A stretch of 64,000 nucleotides of DNA, taken from NCBI GenBank assembly GCA_951406725.2, contig OX597814.1, positions 79,360,001 through 79,424,000 of the forward strand. Reading direction: 5' to 3'. Shown in pieces: positions 15,564 to 28,101 of the stretch (its first letter is position 1; each line of letters starts with the position of its first letter). Below the pieces are notes generated by a model, which was not told where the DNA came from, did not search any database, and worked only from the letters and a program-made list of their open reading frames with translations. The translations under genes and the position numbers were made by a program. This stretch comes from Octopus vulgaris (Eukaryota).

Positions 15564-15635
15564 CATAATAATTATAATGATGATGATGATAATGATGATA
15601 ATACTACTACTACTAATAATAATAATAATAATAAC

Positions 15636-15683
<48 letters not shown>
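15454..15683. repeat. (TAA)n/(TGA)n microsatellite at the 5' flank of the Dong-like LINE
   Basis: Direct reading. Confidence 0.97.
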
Positions 15684-15684
<1 letters not shown>

Positions 15685-17154
15685 GAAGAAAAAAAAGAAA
15701 AATGCGCCAAAGTAACCATGAAAAGAGGAAAACTAGTTAAGAGTAACAACATCACACTAGATAAAACCAATGAAATAAAAGAATTAGACCAAAGCCAAAC
15801 TTACAAATACTTAGGAATCCATGAACTAGATAAGACACAACACACACAAATGAAAGAGAAAATAAAAAAAGAATATTATAGACGAGTTAGATCAATACTA
15901 AAAACAGAGCTCAATGCTAAAAACAAGATAATAGGTATCAACACTTTAGCTGTCCCAGTTATAAGTTACAGCTACAATATCCTTAACTGGACACGAAATG
16001 AACTGTCCAAAATAGATAGGAAAACAAGAAAAATAATGACAGGATCTAGGATGCATCACCCAAAATCTGACATAGAAAGACTATATATACAACGTATAGA
16101 AGGTGGTAGAGGCCTTATACAGCTGGAAAACTACTATAAAATAACCACCATAGGACTGCAAAAATATCTACTTCAGGAGGAAGGAAAACTGATCCGGATA
16201 GCAGCAAAACACGAGCAAAACAAAAAACTGTTCTCAGTATTTAAGGAAGCTGACAAATACAAACAAGAAATCATACCACCTAATAAACATGAAGAAGAAG
16301 AAGAAGAAGATGAAGAAACAACAAAAGCTATAAAACAAATGAAATCCAAACTAAAAATAGAACAGCAACGAACCATGATAAAACGATGGCAAGAAAAGCC
16401 CCTTCATGGTAAATACTGCACTAAACTAAACGCAAAAGAAATAGACAAAGAAAAATCCCAGCAATGGTTGAGAAGCTCAGGACTCAAAGCAGAAACAGAG
16501 GGATTTTTAATTGCAGCACAAGACCAAAGCCTCCCCACCAGAAATTACCAAAAACATGTAATGAAAAGAAATATTACAAGTAACTGCAGAATATGTGGAG
16601 ATGGACAAGAAACAATAAATCATATTTTCTCTAGCTGCCCAGTCCTGGCTAAGAAGGAATATATTCACAGACATGACAGAGTTGGAACCTACATACATTG
16701 GAAGCTATGCCAACATTATGGAATAACAACAGGAAAAAGATGGTATAGGCACACACCAGAAAAGGTCACAGAAAACGAGAAAGCAACCATACTCTGGGAT
16801 ATGCCGATACACACAAATAGAGAAATTAAGGCCAACAGACCAGATATAGTTGTCAGAGATCATGAAGAAAAAAAATGCTTTCTAATTGATGTATCAATAC
16901 CGGCAGATGACAACGTGTCTCTAAAAGAAATGGAGAAACTCTCAAAATACAAAGACCTGGAAATAGAGGTAACTAGAATGTGGAATCTGAAAACAGAAAC
17001 AATTCCTATCATAGTAGGTGCATTAGGCATGATAAAAAAATATTCAGACAAATACATAACAAAAACACCAGGACTTACAAACACATATAACATACAGAAA
17101 ATTGCACTACTAGGCACTGCACACATCCTACGCAGAACACTTTCCATACAATAA
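15684..17154 (+). CDS. Uninterrupted C-terminal ~490 codons of an RLE-type retrotransposon polyprotein (RT C-terminus/thumb, CCHC, PD-(D/E)xK endonuclease); no native start
   Basis: Part of ORF 15382..17154; its first ~100 codons are SINE tail, flanking DNA and microsatellite. Confidence 0.9.
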
Positions 17155-17252
17155 CCATCAGAGCATCACAACAAATCACAGCACATACCCAAGGCACACA
17201 GAGCTGCGCTCGGTAGTGAAGTGAAAGCACGCTATAAAAATAAAACTACTGA
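15684..17252 (+). mobile_element. 5'-truncated R4/Dong-clade non-LTR retrotransposon (family 1)
   Basis: Late RT motifs (EKCAK, YKYLGI), GGRGL, CCHC knuckle CRICGDGQETINHIFSSC, RHD, and restriction-like endonuclease RPDIVV...LIDVSIP...KLSKYKDL. ~100-bp 3' UTR. (TAA)n on both sides. Confidence 0.95.
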
Positions 17253-17875
17253 AAATAATAATAATAATAATAATAATAATAATCAATAATAAATCTCTGA
17301 ACGAGGTATAAACAGTAGCTGTCAGTTAAATGTGGCTAACCACTAAGGTTGGATGCTTGTAGCCCCAGGAGAGCATCCTCTCCAGCTGGCTATTGACACA
17401 CTTTCTGTGCCCTATCAGTATTCGCAAAGGGAAGCCATCCCTCCCATCGTCGACCTGACGTGATACGCACGGACCCATGAAATACATTCATTGATTTTTG
17501 AAAATAGAAATAATGCATTTCTAAATCGCTCAGAGAGATTTATGCAGTAGTAGCACGATAAAGTGACAGTATATTGTCAAATTAATGTGATAGTCCCATA
17601 TAATTTATATATGTTTTCAAGGGCAGATAGGCATCGACGGCTAGCAAGCCATGCTACTCCAGATTGATGATGAGCATTGACTCTGATACATGTCTCTGGA
17701 TGCTGACTTGGCTGGATGGAGGTGCTTATCTCCAATTTGAAAACATAAGGACACAGGAAATGTGTCAAGTCCAACAGGAAACGGTGTTTCCTAGGGCTAA
17801 ATAACAGTAGCATTCTTCCCTTTTATGGGACTGTCGCATTAAGTTGATAACATACTATCCCCTTCCATTTTGTGA

Positions 17876-17954
<79 letters not shown>

Positions 17955-18269
17955 CATATATATACATATATATACATATATATAAGATTTGGGCACAAAG
18001 TAAATGAATATAAATAAGAGCAATCTTTATATTTATTTACTTTGAAGGAGAAGCCGCTAAATAGTAATATCAGGTGAGACCATTATCCTAGTATTTTTTC
18101 TGTCCATCACCTTTCACAAACTAATCCTCAAAGCATCTCCTGGGTATGCTCGCGTATGAGTAGTTTGAGTGAACCAGGGAGTTGTTCGTTACGTGGGTTG
18201 TAACTTTTGCCAGCAGTTTCATTTTTTTCTTTTCTCATTTTTGTGTCCGAGATAATGCTCTTCAAAAGC

Positions 18270-18945
18270 AGTAAAATATGGCAAGCGATGCAGACTTTGT
18301 GGAGTTCACACTGAAGATATCACCTACATCATAAGCGGTTGACTGAAAATGTCATTACCGCATTATCTACCGATGGGACGTGATGTTGTAGCTAGGACAC
18401 ACTATTGTGAAACCCATCGGAAGGATAATCCCGAGGACAAAGAATAAGAACCTACAATATGGTAGAAGCCATAGCCACTCATAATAAAAAGGAATACTGG
18501 TGGAATGTCCCTGTGAAAACCTCAATAAAATGTAAGCACAACAGATCTGATATAATGATTTGGGATAGAAAAGAGAAACTGCAGTGGTGGAAATTAGTTA
18601 CCCAGCCGATGATAACATAAAGCTGAAAATCAGTGAAAAAAGAGAACACCTACGCTGAACAATTGAAGAATCTGCAGAGACTCTATCCAGATTACAAGTT
18701 CAGGTTTATACCTGTAATTATTGGGGCACTGGGATATTTAACACACTGCCTAAATACCAGTCTTAAGAAATTGGACTTCTCAGAACCAGATAGGGGATAG
18801 CTAATTCGAAGACTACAAATCCAATCCATCACAGGAACTGTAAACATCTGTAAAACTTTCCAGAAGTTTATCATTTAAATATATATCAGCATGTCTAGAT
18901 ATGCAACTATATGCATGAGAATACATAAAACATACAAATCCGGAC
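18270..18945 (+). mobile_element. Degenerate 3' fragment of RLE LINE family 3 ending in (CA)n
   Basis: CRLCGVHTEDITYIISG knuckle and KCKHNRSDIMIWDRKEK endonuclease. C-terminus and 3' UTR are near-identical to 61010-61437. Confidence 0.9.
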
Positions 18946-18952
18946 ACACACA

Positions 18953-19039
<87 letters not shown>

Positions 19040-19598
19040 GCACGCACACAAAAACATAAAGATACCTCGTGTTACGGAATTATTGACTTCATTAAAATAA
19101 CAATTTTTCTGTAATGTGGAATTACTCAAAGCAAAACGTATTTTCGCATCAATTTCCTCTTCACTGAATGAAGTTATTGCAAAATAGGGTTCGCGCTACA
19201 GGTGTTCACATTACAGAAAGATTTTCTGGGAGGTATCGTGGTGTATGTCTTTGTTTGTGTGTGAGTGACTATATGCGTGTCAGTGAGTGTATACATATTT
19301 TTTATTGTAGATGTATAGGTGTATAAGTATATAAGGAAATGAGGACACATACACACATACACCTCCCCACCTTATATTTACACAAACTGGTGCATGCCCT
19401 AAATTTTTCCAAATATCAAAGACGTTTCTGAAAATATTTTAGCTGTATATTTCATATTTTCTTAATCCAGAGTGAAGTTGTATATTCTTCAGTAGAAATA
19501 GAAACAAATAAGTAGGCAAATACTTGAGCGAAGCAAAGAAATACATAATGAAATAAATATATTTCACAACAAGTAATAAATAAATAGCTAACTATATA

Positions 19599-20015
19599 GG
19601 CGCAGGAGTGGCTGTGTGGTAAGTAGCTTGCTAACCAACCACATGGTTCCGGGTTCAGTCCCACTGCGTGGCATCTTGGGCAAGTGTCTTCTGCTATAGC
19701 CCCGGGCCGACCAATGCCTTGTGAGTGGATTTGGTAGACGGAAACTGAAAGAAGCCTGTCGTATATATGTATATATATATGTGTGTGTATATGTGTTTGT
19801 GCGTGTGTGTTTGTCCCCCTAGCATTGCTTGACAACCGATGCTGGTGTGTTTACGTCCCCGTCACTTAGCGGTTCGGCAAAAGAGACCGATAGAATAAGT
19901 ACTGGGCTTACAAAGAATAATTTCCGGGGTCGATTTACTCGACTAAAGGCGGTGCTCCAGCATGGCCGCAGTCAAATGACTGAAACAAGTAAAAGAGTAA
20001 AAAGAGTAAAAGAGT
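19599..20015 (+). mobile_element. Full-length tRNA-derived SINE family A (CORE-like; resembles Octopus OR2 from memory)
   Basis: Pol III A box tggctgtgtggt, B box gggttcagtccc, CORE-like cttgggcaagtg, internal (TA)/(TG) tract and (gtaaaaga)n tail. Confidence 0.9.
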
Positions 20016-20581
20016 ATATAACCAGGTAAATAAAAAAAAGTAATACAAAAATACACAAGGCGTGCCCTGACAGCCTCTTATCTTAAGGGAGATAATTGGT
20101 TCTCGATCAATTCAGGTGGGAGTGAAAGTTTGAATTTTAAATCAAAGAATGATGAAGGTGCAAGAATGTATTTCTATTTTATGTTATTTTCTTTCTCACA
20201 CATAAACACATCAAAATTTCTAGTCGTAGATACATAGATAGATCATTGAAAATCAGAATTTATTACACGGAGATGAGCACACAAGTATGGTGTATTGAAT
20301 TATGAGTAGTTTTTATCGTGGATTTAAGTTGATTTTTTTTGTTTCCATTTGGTACATTTTCTGTTCTATTTTGCTCTTAATACTTCCTCTCCACCTTCGC
20401 CTTTTTTGTTTTACTTCTCTTATCTACTTTGCTGTTTTTGTTAATATACGTCTCTGAAGCACCTGGTGACCTTTCCACTTTCTATCTATCTCGTTGTTAA
20501 CATTGCATATTAAAAAAATAGGCCCACTTTTTGTACGCAAATCGTAAGTACGTACGCGTAAGTTTGTTAGAACGTGTACAT

Positions 20582-20620
<39 letters not shown>

Positions 20621-20758
20621 CATATGTATGTACACACACACACGCGCGTATATATATATATATGTATGTACACACACGTATGTATGTATGTATGTATGTA
20701 TGTATGTATGTATGTATGTATGTATGTATGTATGTATGTATGTGTGTCTGCATATATG

Positions 20759-21092
20759 CAGAGCCGGATTAAGGGCAACTGACGCCCAAAGCACAACCCT
20801 ATAATGGCCACTCACCCCGACCCTTCCGTTGTCTAACTGACAAGGTATTAAGACATGACAATCTCTAAGTGAGAAATAATAGATTAAAAATATAGTTTTT
20901 TTTCCTGGACATACCTCGGGCCAAACTCGATAACTGTTTTAAGTCCCAGACTTTTAAGAAACTGTTTAACATAACATATCATCAAGCATATAAGCAAATC
21001 ATTAACTCAATAATACAATTAACTAACACAATAGGAAAAATGCAAGTTTTGTACACTTATTCTTTATTCAATAAATTGTGTCATTATAACAG

Positions 21093-21139
<47 letters not shown>

Positions 21140-21900
21140 CACAAATTCATATGTATTTCTAGATTTTATTCGTTTCAGTCATTCGACTGCGGCCATGCTG
21201 GAGTACCGCCTTGAAGCGTCTAGTCGAATAAATCGACCCCAGTACTTACTATTATTATTATCATTATTTTTTGGCCTGTTACTTATTCTTTCGGCTCTTT
21301 TTGCAGAACTGCCGAGTTATTTGGATATAAACAAACCAACATCAGTTGTCAAGCGGTGGTGGAGGACAAAGACACTCGCACACACACACAAGTACACATA
21401 CATACACATATCTAATTACACATACATACACATATACCCCTACACACCCACATGCACACACACGCATACACATACATATATACGACGGTCTTCTCTCAGT
21501 TGGTCGGTCCGAGTCAATAGTAGATGAGACATAAAGGGGAAAAAACAATTTTTAGTGAGGAAATATAACTATTTCTATACGATATTAATCATGTTTAATT
21601 GCATTAAACATGGCTTCTGGCCTTAAAAGTATATATGTGACTCAAAAAACTTAAAATAAAATCCTTGTTGTTGCATATTTATAAAACTTCATCGAAACTT
21701 TAAAAAGTGCACCCTTACCTACTATTGCACTTGTACAGTTTTGAGCGAATTCTCAGAACTCTTCTCCCATAACAAATCTCCTCTCATATTTAGCAGGGAC
21801 AAGGCATCCAACTTGTCTCGTGCTATTTGTTGTGCAAGGATTTTTAATAATTCAGATGTGACGCTAAAGCTATCTCACGTTTGTGCCATACACTGGAACA
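20759..21900 (-). mobile_element. hAT transposon 3' remnant interrupted by a microsatellite and a SINE
   Basis: hAT-like terminus CAGAGCCGGATTAAG at 20759. Minus strand 21770-21880 reads DSFS...KN..TT...RDKLDALSLLNMRGDLL, like the hAT C-terminal dimerisation region. Confidence 0.65.
21165..21500 (-). mobile_element. SINE family A, 3' two-thirds
   Basis: gtttcagtcattcgactgcggccatgctggag is the reverse complement of the family A tail. Confidence 0.85.
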
Positions 21901-22099
21901 ACGGGAAATGAAGTGTCTTACTCAAGGTTTCATATATGCATACACACACGCACGCATATACATATACATAAATATATATACATATACATATATATGTATA
22001 TGCATATATGCATACGCATACATACAAGTATGTGTGTGTGTATGTATATATGTATGTACGTATGCTTATGTTGGTTTGTGGTGTGTGAGATGAATGAGA

Positions 22100-24787
22100 G
22101 GATTACTGAGAATATAGAGAATATAATATTTTGCATTGGAAATGGAACTGCGCTCGCATTTGTTTGTAAAGAGCATCAAAAGGAATCGCAGCAGCTATAA
22201 ATACAGCAACAACTGCAACAACAACAATTACTGGATCTATATTCAAAGTCTAAAAATGAGGTAAGTTTGTTTTCGCCAGACGGCATTTCAAACTCGATTA
22301 ATGAACTCACTTATAACCCAGAGGAGGTTATAATTTTTGCATCGTACTACAGATGGAACGAGGAGATTTTTTAATCAAGATTGCAAATCATGGTCGGACG
22401 AACCAAAAGTGAGATCGTTATTGCGAAAATTAGCTCCGTTAGAGCATGAACGTTACTGTAATTTCACATTGCCCCCAAAACACAATGAAATTTGTTTTAT
22501 AGAAACAATAGAATTACTGCCTAACATGATAAAACTTCTCTATTTAACACTCGAATGGAGTGTTGGAATATAACGAAAAAATAAAATGATGATTTTATCA
22601 CATACACAGGAACAGTCAATAGGATGTGTGAAAGTTTCAAACTTACACCTGAATGTTCAAATGTCTTATTTTCGTACAAGGCCTTACAGCAAGCGAAGCT
22701 ACAGAAATTCGGGCAAGAACAAGCGAACCAAGATCCTACATTACTGTCCGTGGCAGAGAATGTCAAAGGATGGTAAACCTGAAACACGATGTAGAATAAA
22801 TACAAGAAAAAGATTCCTCAAAAATACAGATATGCCGACCAGAAAAAAGTACAACCAAAAAAGAGCGCCACGTCCTAATCCATGTTATGGATGTGGGGGC
22901 ATACATTTCAGAAAAGACTGCCCATTTAAAAATCAAAAATGTTACAGTTGCAAAAGAATTGGTTACAAGAGTCACATTGCAGAACAAAATTACGAAGGTC
23001 AAGCGTTAAAAATCCTAAAGTGCTCTCAGCAGAAACAAAGATCGACTCCAAATAAGAAAATTCGTACACATAAAAATAAATGAGATACATATTAAACATC
23101 AATTGGATACTGGAAGTGATATTTCAAAAATAAATATGGACACATGGAAGAAAATAGGAAAGTCTATGTTGTGAAAAACAGCGAAATCTGCTCGTAGAAT
23201 GACAAATTACGTTTCATTGGCGAAATGTGGACTAATGTCACATTTCGAGGGAAAATATGCAAAGCAACAGTCTTTGTTGTTAAAAATGCAACCGATCTGT
23301 CTGGTACCGATTGAATAGAATTATTCGATTTATAGGATCTCCCCATAAATCTCTATTGTAAAAACGTAAATGGCTGTCCCTCTGAAAACAATTCGTCTGA
23401 AGAGTTAAAGAAAAAAAATTTAAAAACTGTTTCCGCAAGTACTCTCGGACAAAATAGGCCTATGCTCGGAAACTGAGAACCCCTGGTCCAGGATACATAT
23501 TGACTATGCTGGACCAGTGAACGGCACCTACTATTTAATCGTTGTGAATAGCTATACAGAGTGGCCAAAGATATGCAGATGTTATAAACCCACAGCAAAG
23601 ACAACAATAAAGTTCCTACTCGAGTTATTTGCTCGATACGGAGTTCCAGACACATTTGCTCAGATAATGGAACGCTATTCACGGGATATGAATTAAGAAA
23701 TTTCTGCAAAATACATGCCATAAAGCACATCTTTACCCCGCCCTACCACCCAAAGTCAAATGGGCAGGCGGAAAGGTTTATCAACACGTTCAAAAGATCT
23801 CTAAGTAAAGTTAGGAAGTAGCTAGATAATGACGAGGCACCTACGAAATTTTGAGAGTATATAGAATAATGCCAAATCCAAATACTAATTCAGAAAAGTT
23901 AGCAGCAGAGTTAATGTTCTCGTGTAAAATAAAATCGATCTTCGATAAATTATTGCCAGGAAAAATACATATAAAGGAAAGACAAAAAAAAAAAAAAATT
24001 TGAAGAGAATAAAAGAAATATTACAAAACATTTCGAAGTAGGAGATAAAGTTTATTCAAAAAATTACAAAAATGGTAAAGAAGGTTGGGAGGATGGCTGT
24101 GTAATCAAAAGATTAAGTAATGTGATGTATTTAATTAAAGGACAACATTCAGAACATAAGAGACACCTTAACCAGTTAAAGATGATACATACAGAAGGAC
24201 CAAGGGCAATACCAATGGAAGTCTTCTATGATATGCCAGCACCGAGTGATATTGAACCCCGTAGAGCTAGCTTCAGAAAACGAAAACACTGAATATCTGG
24301 AAGCAATACCTTAGCGAAAAAGATATTAAAAAGAAAAAAAAAAACACTCAGAGTGCCAACAAGAATGCTTAGTACAATGAAAAAGAAAAGTGGTGTGTGC
24401 AACGAACAATGCTACCTTAAAAGCCAGGCAACCCCTAAGATACAACAGCTATGAAAAAAGAGGGAGAGGTACTGGAAAGAAAAACAAATATAAAAGTAAT
24501 TCCACTTTCTCACAGTAATCAAAATCTCAAAAAGGGGAGATGTGATTGTGAGTTAGACTGCGGGAGATAGACTTGTCCGAGTAAAGTATAGATAGTAACG
24601 ATCCGAGTGGGTTCGAAGGTTCAGAGTTCGGAGTCGAGTAAAGTTCGTGTTAGTTCGCAGTGAAGTCAGAAGGTGTCGGCTGGTTAGTTCACAAGGAATA
24701 TTAATTGTTGGTTCGTAAAGAGATTTGTTAGTTCATTACATTGCTTTTACTGTTGTCTTATTGTACGTAACAGATTACGATACAACA
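22100..24787 (+). mobile_element. Degenerate Ty3/Gypsy LTR retrotransposon lacking RT/RNase H and the 5' LTR
   Basis: Gag (KVRSLLRKLAPLEHERYCNFTLP), tandem knuckles CYGCGGIHFRKDC/CYSCKRIGYKSH, protease LDTGSDIS (~23100), integrase PWSRIHIDYAGP...YGVPD...SDNG...PPYHPKSNGQAERF (23480-23800), and PPT aaaaggggaga at 24530-24540. Confidence 0.92.
24541..24787 (+). repeat. 3' LTR of the Gypsy element
   Basis: Starts TGT immediately after the polypurine tract and ends ACAACA, followed by (CATA)n. Confidence 0.8.
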
Positions 24788-27394
24788 CATACATACATAC
24801 ATACATACATACATACATACGTACATGCATACATGTTAATGTCTCCATCTTCACAGATGATTGCTGTTTCCTAGTACTTCCTCGTTGTCAAAGGTATGTC
24901 TGACTTTCCATCCATGACCCCTCGGGTGACTATTCACTCCCCTTGTAGATTCGCATTGTTTGGAGCATAGATACAGAAGAAATTTGTAACTTATTGTGTG
25001 CTTCCAACTGGTTGTGTCTGAACACGTCACCACTTTCCATTGCTATAGGACATTCAGTAGATTGAATGACGAATATGGTCACCATTAAGTGACAATTGTA
25101 CGTGACCGGATTATAGTGATAAACGTTTGTATCACACAAATGCCACTCTCTGAGTCTCTGTGTTTAGTACCGAGTGACAGATAGAAACGAGATGATATGA
25201 AGCTGCAGGCATTACATCTGTGTGTCCCTCTTCTAGAAGGATGCTGCAACAACAACTAGGGCCCCCTCACTCTTGGAGTCTTGCTACACGCCCTGACACC
25301 AACCAAGAGCATTTCTGCTCTCCTGCGCTGAGATGGATTGTCATCTCATATGCTAATTAGCTGCATATCCGGTAGTGGGGCTCTGTTTAAAGAGTTCCAG
25401 AGTTCTGAGGAGTGTGAAACCACCTTTTATACATTATTGTTTTCAGGTGTACTCTGACTCAGAACAGTAGAACCTGTCAGAAACCCAAATAGTAGTTAGC
25501 ACACACACACACATACACGATGGCTGTTTACTCGTGATGGATTACCGTTGTCCATGCAAAATGTCAGCAATGTTTGATGCCTTCCTACTTGAGCGGAAAA
25601 TTGCCTCGCAATTGCAATTTTCCTAAAGTTTTAGGTCCAATAAGACTTGCACAACACCTCACAGACCCTCTCCACCCTATAAACATGATCTAGGGACAAG
25701 CTAGGGTGAGATATCCATCTATCTGTCCGTCCGCCCATCCATCCATCCATCCATCCATCCATCCATCCATCACCCCCACATACGTACGTATATTCATTCA
25801 TATTACGACTGAAGTCTGTCAGATGAATTCTAACTTCTATTCAATTGAGGAAGGGTATATTATGTTATAAAGATATATATTCTACACAATAATTCATCGC
25901 ATCGACTGTAACATAAACATTCTCACAATAAGGTGTGCATGGTTTTCAACTGTACCAAAGTGAAAAGGATTTAAACAGGACAAACCCGCGGTACTTTCAT
26001 TTATTAAATCAATAGGTTCATCATATTCTGTTCAAACAGAATATGATGAAAGAGTGGTTAACACACCTTTTTGTGTATCAGTGACTACTTTGCTCAATAC
26101 CAGTTCATATAAGAAAATAAGATGCAATTTGTAAAAGACTTGGTTACTATTTCTGGCAACGAGTTTGGCAATCATTTTTTACGAAGCTCTTCAGTGAATA
26201 TCAAAATTATGATAGCAAGATGTGTTTTGAAAAAGACCTAGCTACTATCTCTAGCAAGTCATAGGCTCTCCCTTTGGTATACAACAAGTTAGTTTGTCAT
26301 CAGAGGCGATAAATAATTCCATACGCAACATTTCGCTGAATATTTAAATACACAGGAGACTGCTACAATCCAATGTGCTTTGAAGACCTCTGATTATTTG
26401 TTTGTTTTTCATTTATAATTTCGATAATATTTAATGTTTAATTTCTTCATATTTGTATTGAATTAATTTCTTCATATTTATAATAAATCTATTTCCTCGT
26501 GTTTGTATTAAATCAAATTCTCCATTGTGTTTTCTGTTGTCTTTTCTGTTTATCAATAGAAACTCGCTGTTTGAAGAACTCTCGCATTGTCACAATCTGT
26601 TTGGCCGACGTTTTGACTATTATGTGACTTGCTTTGGGTTCTTAAGGAATTGCTATGTCTATATGTATGTATGTGTGTATGTATGTATGTATGTATGTAT
26701 GTATGTATGTATGTATGTATGTATGTATGTATGTATGTATGTATGTATGCATGCATTTATGCATGCAGGTATGTATGCATGTGTGTATGCATATATGTAT
26801 GCATATATGTATGTATACTTGGATACATGTATATATGCATGTATAAATGCATGTGTGTGTGTATCAGTATCTGTCACTCCTGGATGAGACTGGGGGCGAG
26901 TTGTTTCGCCCCTCTATGACTTTCAGGTGTTTTAATACCCAGTACCCTGAGGGAGCACTGTGTGAAGAAGCAAAATACATACATTGAGCATGTGCAGTCG
27001 ATAATGTTACAAACACTGACGCTGCTTTTTATCCGTAATTGAATTTAAGCTGATGTATGCATCGTCATGACATACCAGAAAATGGTTCTTACACTATTTG
27101 TATATACTCATAGACGGCTGATTCAGTTCGTCCCCGTTTGATTCAGGTACTTGATGTTGATAAACCACAAAAATGTCGAAATGTCGGTATCTATTACTCC
27201 TGAATGGAATCGGTGGCAAGTTCTTTCGACTTTTTATGACTTTCAGGGGTTTTAACATCCAGTATTACAAGGGAATCGTCCCCAAAACGCTACGCCGCAG
27301 CGAATCGGCGAACAAGAAAACTCATACATTGGGTTTGTGCAGTCGATTGTATACACACACATATATACTCACACACACACACACATACATATTT

Positions 27395-27500
27395 TCTTTT
27401 ATTCTTTTTAGACATTTGACTGCGGCCATGCTGGAGCACCGCCTTAAAGGGGTTTTAGTCGAAGAAATCGAACCCAGGACTTATTCTTTGTAAGCCTAGC
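27395..27500 (-). mobile_element. SINE family A 3' fragment
   Basis: catttgactgcggccatgctggagcaccgcc. Confidence 0.85.
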
Positions 27501-27649
27501 TAGTTGAGGAAGGGAAAGAAAGGCGGGTGTGAAGAATACGTAGCTTCAAGGAGAGAGGTGATAGGTAGCTTTCCTGCTTTCAATCACTCACAAATTTTCA
27601 AATTTGGTATATTGCAATAATTGTCAACGTTAAATCCGATTTTGTTAAT

Positions 27650-28075
27650 TATTTGTTCCAGAAAAATTGCAGAAAAATGTTACTGCGGTTTAAAGTTTAA
27701 TCAATTTTACCTAATCAAGATTTGGAAGATGGCATTTTCTGCATGATAGCTACCACAAAATGAAAACAAAATCATTACGAGGAGGAATTTTTATTAAACA
27801 AACGAAAGCAAAGCATTACGACGCCCGAAGTTGTAAGAACTTCTGAAGTTTTAATAAGTTTTAATGAATAAGGTCATGTAAAACGTTCGAAGAGATATGT
27901 AAATAATTTAAAAAGGAAAAGAATCCTCAACGAAGTTTTTTATGCCAAAAATTGCACAAATCTGCCCTGATCAAGAGGTCTATCTGTTGGGGAAGGCATG
28001 GTATGACATAGCATAAGCAAAAATTTATATAAGACATTCTATTGTAAAAACTGCCCGAAAGGCTCTTCAGCTAGC
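27650..28075 (+). mobile_element. Possible piggyBac transposase remnant
   Basis: Frameshifted KRSKRY...PDQEV.SVGEGMV resembles the M..RF and P...SVDEGMV region of piggyBac. Highly decayed. Confidence 0.4.
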
Positions 28076-28101
28076 GTGTATATATGCATACATATATATA
28101 T

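Noticed and set aside
15382-15683. Poly-Ile/Met N-terminus of the 590-aa ORF as a transmembrane or novel fusion domain
   Set aside because: It is the (TAA)/(TGA) microsatellite read in its stop-free frame, with the start codon inside a SINE tail.
19599-19670. tRNA genes at SINE heads
   Set aside because: A and B boxes are present, but there is no complete cloverleaf and they are always attached to SINE bodies.
25540-25720. Possible R2/NeSL C-terminal remnant on the minus strand (IGWRGSV)
   Set aside because: A single weak motif with stops; insufficient support.
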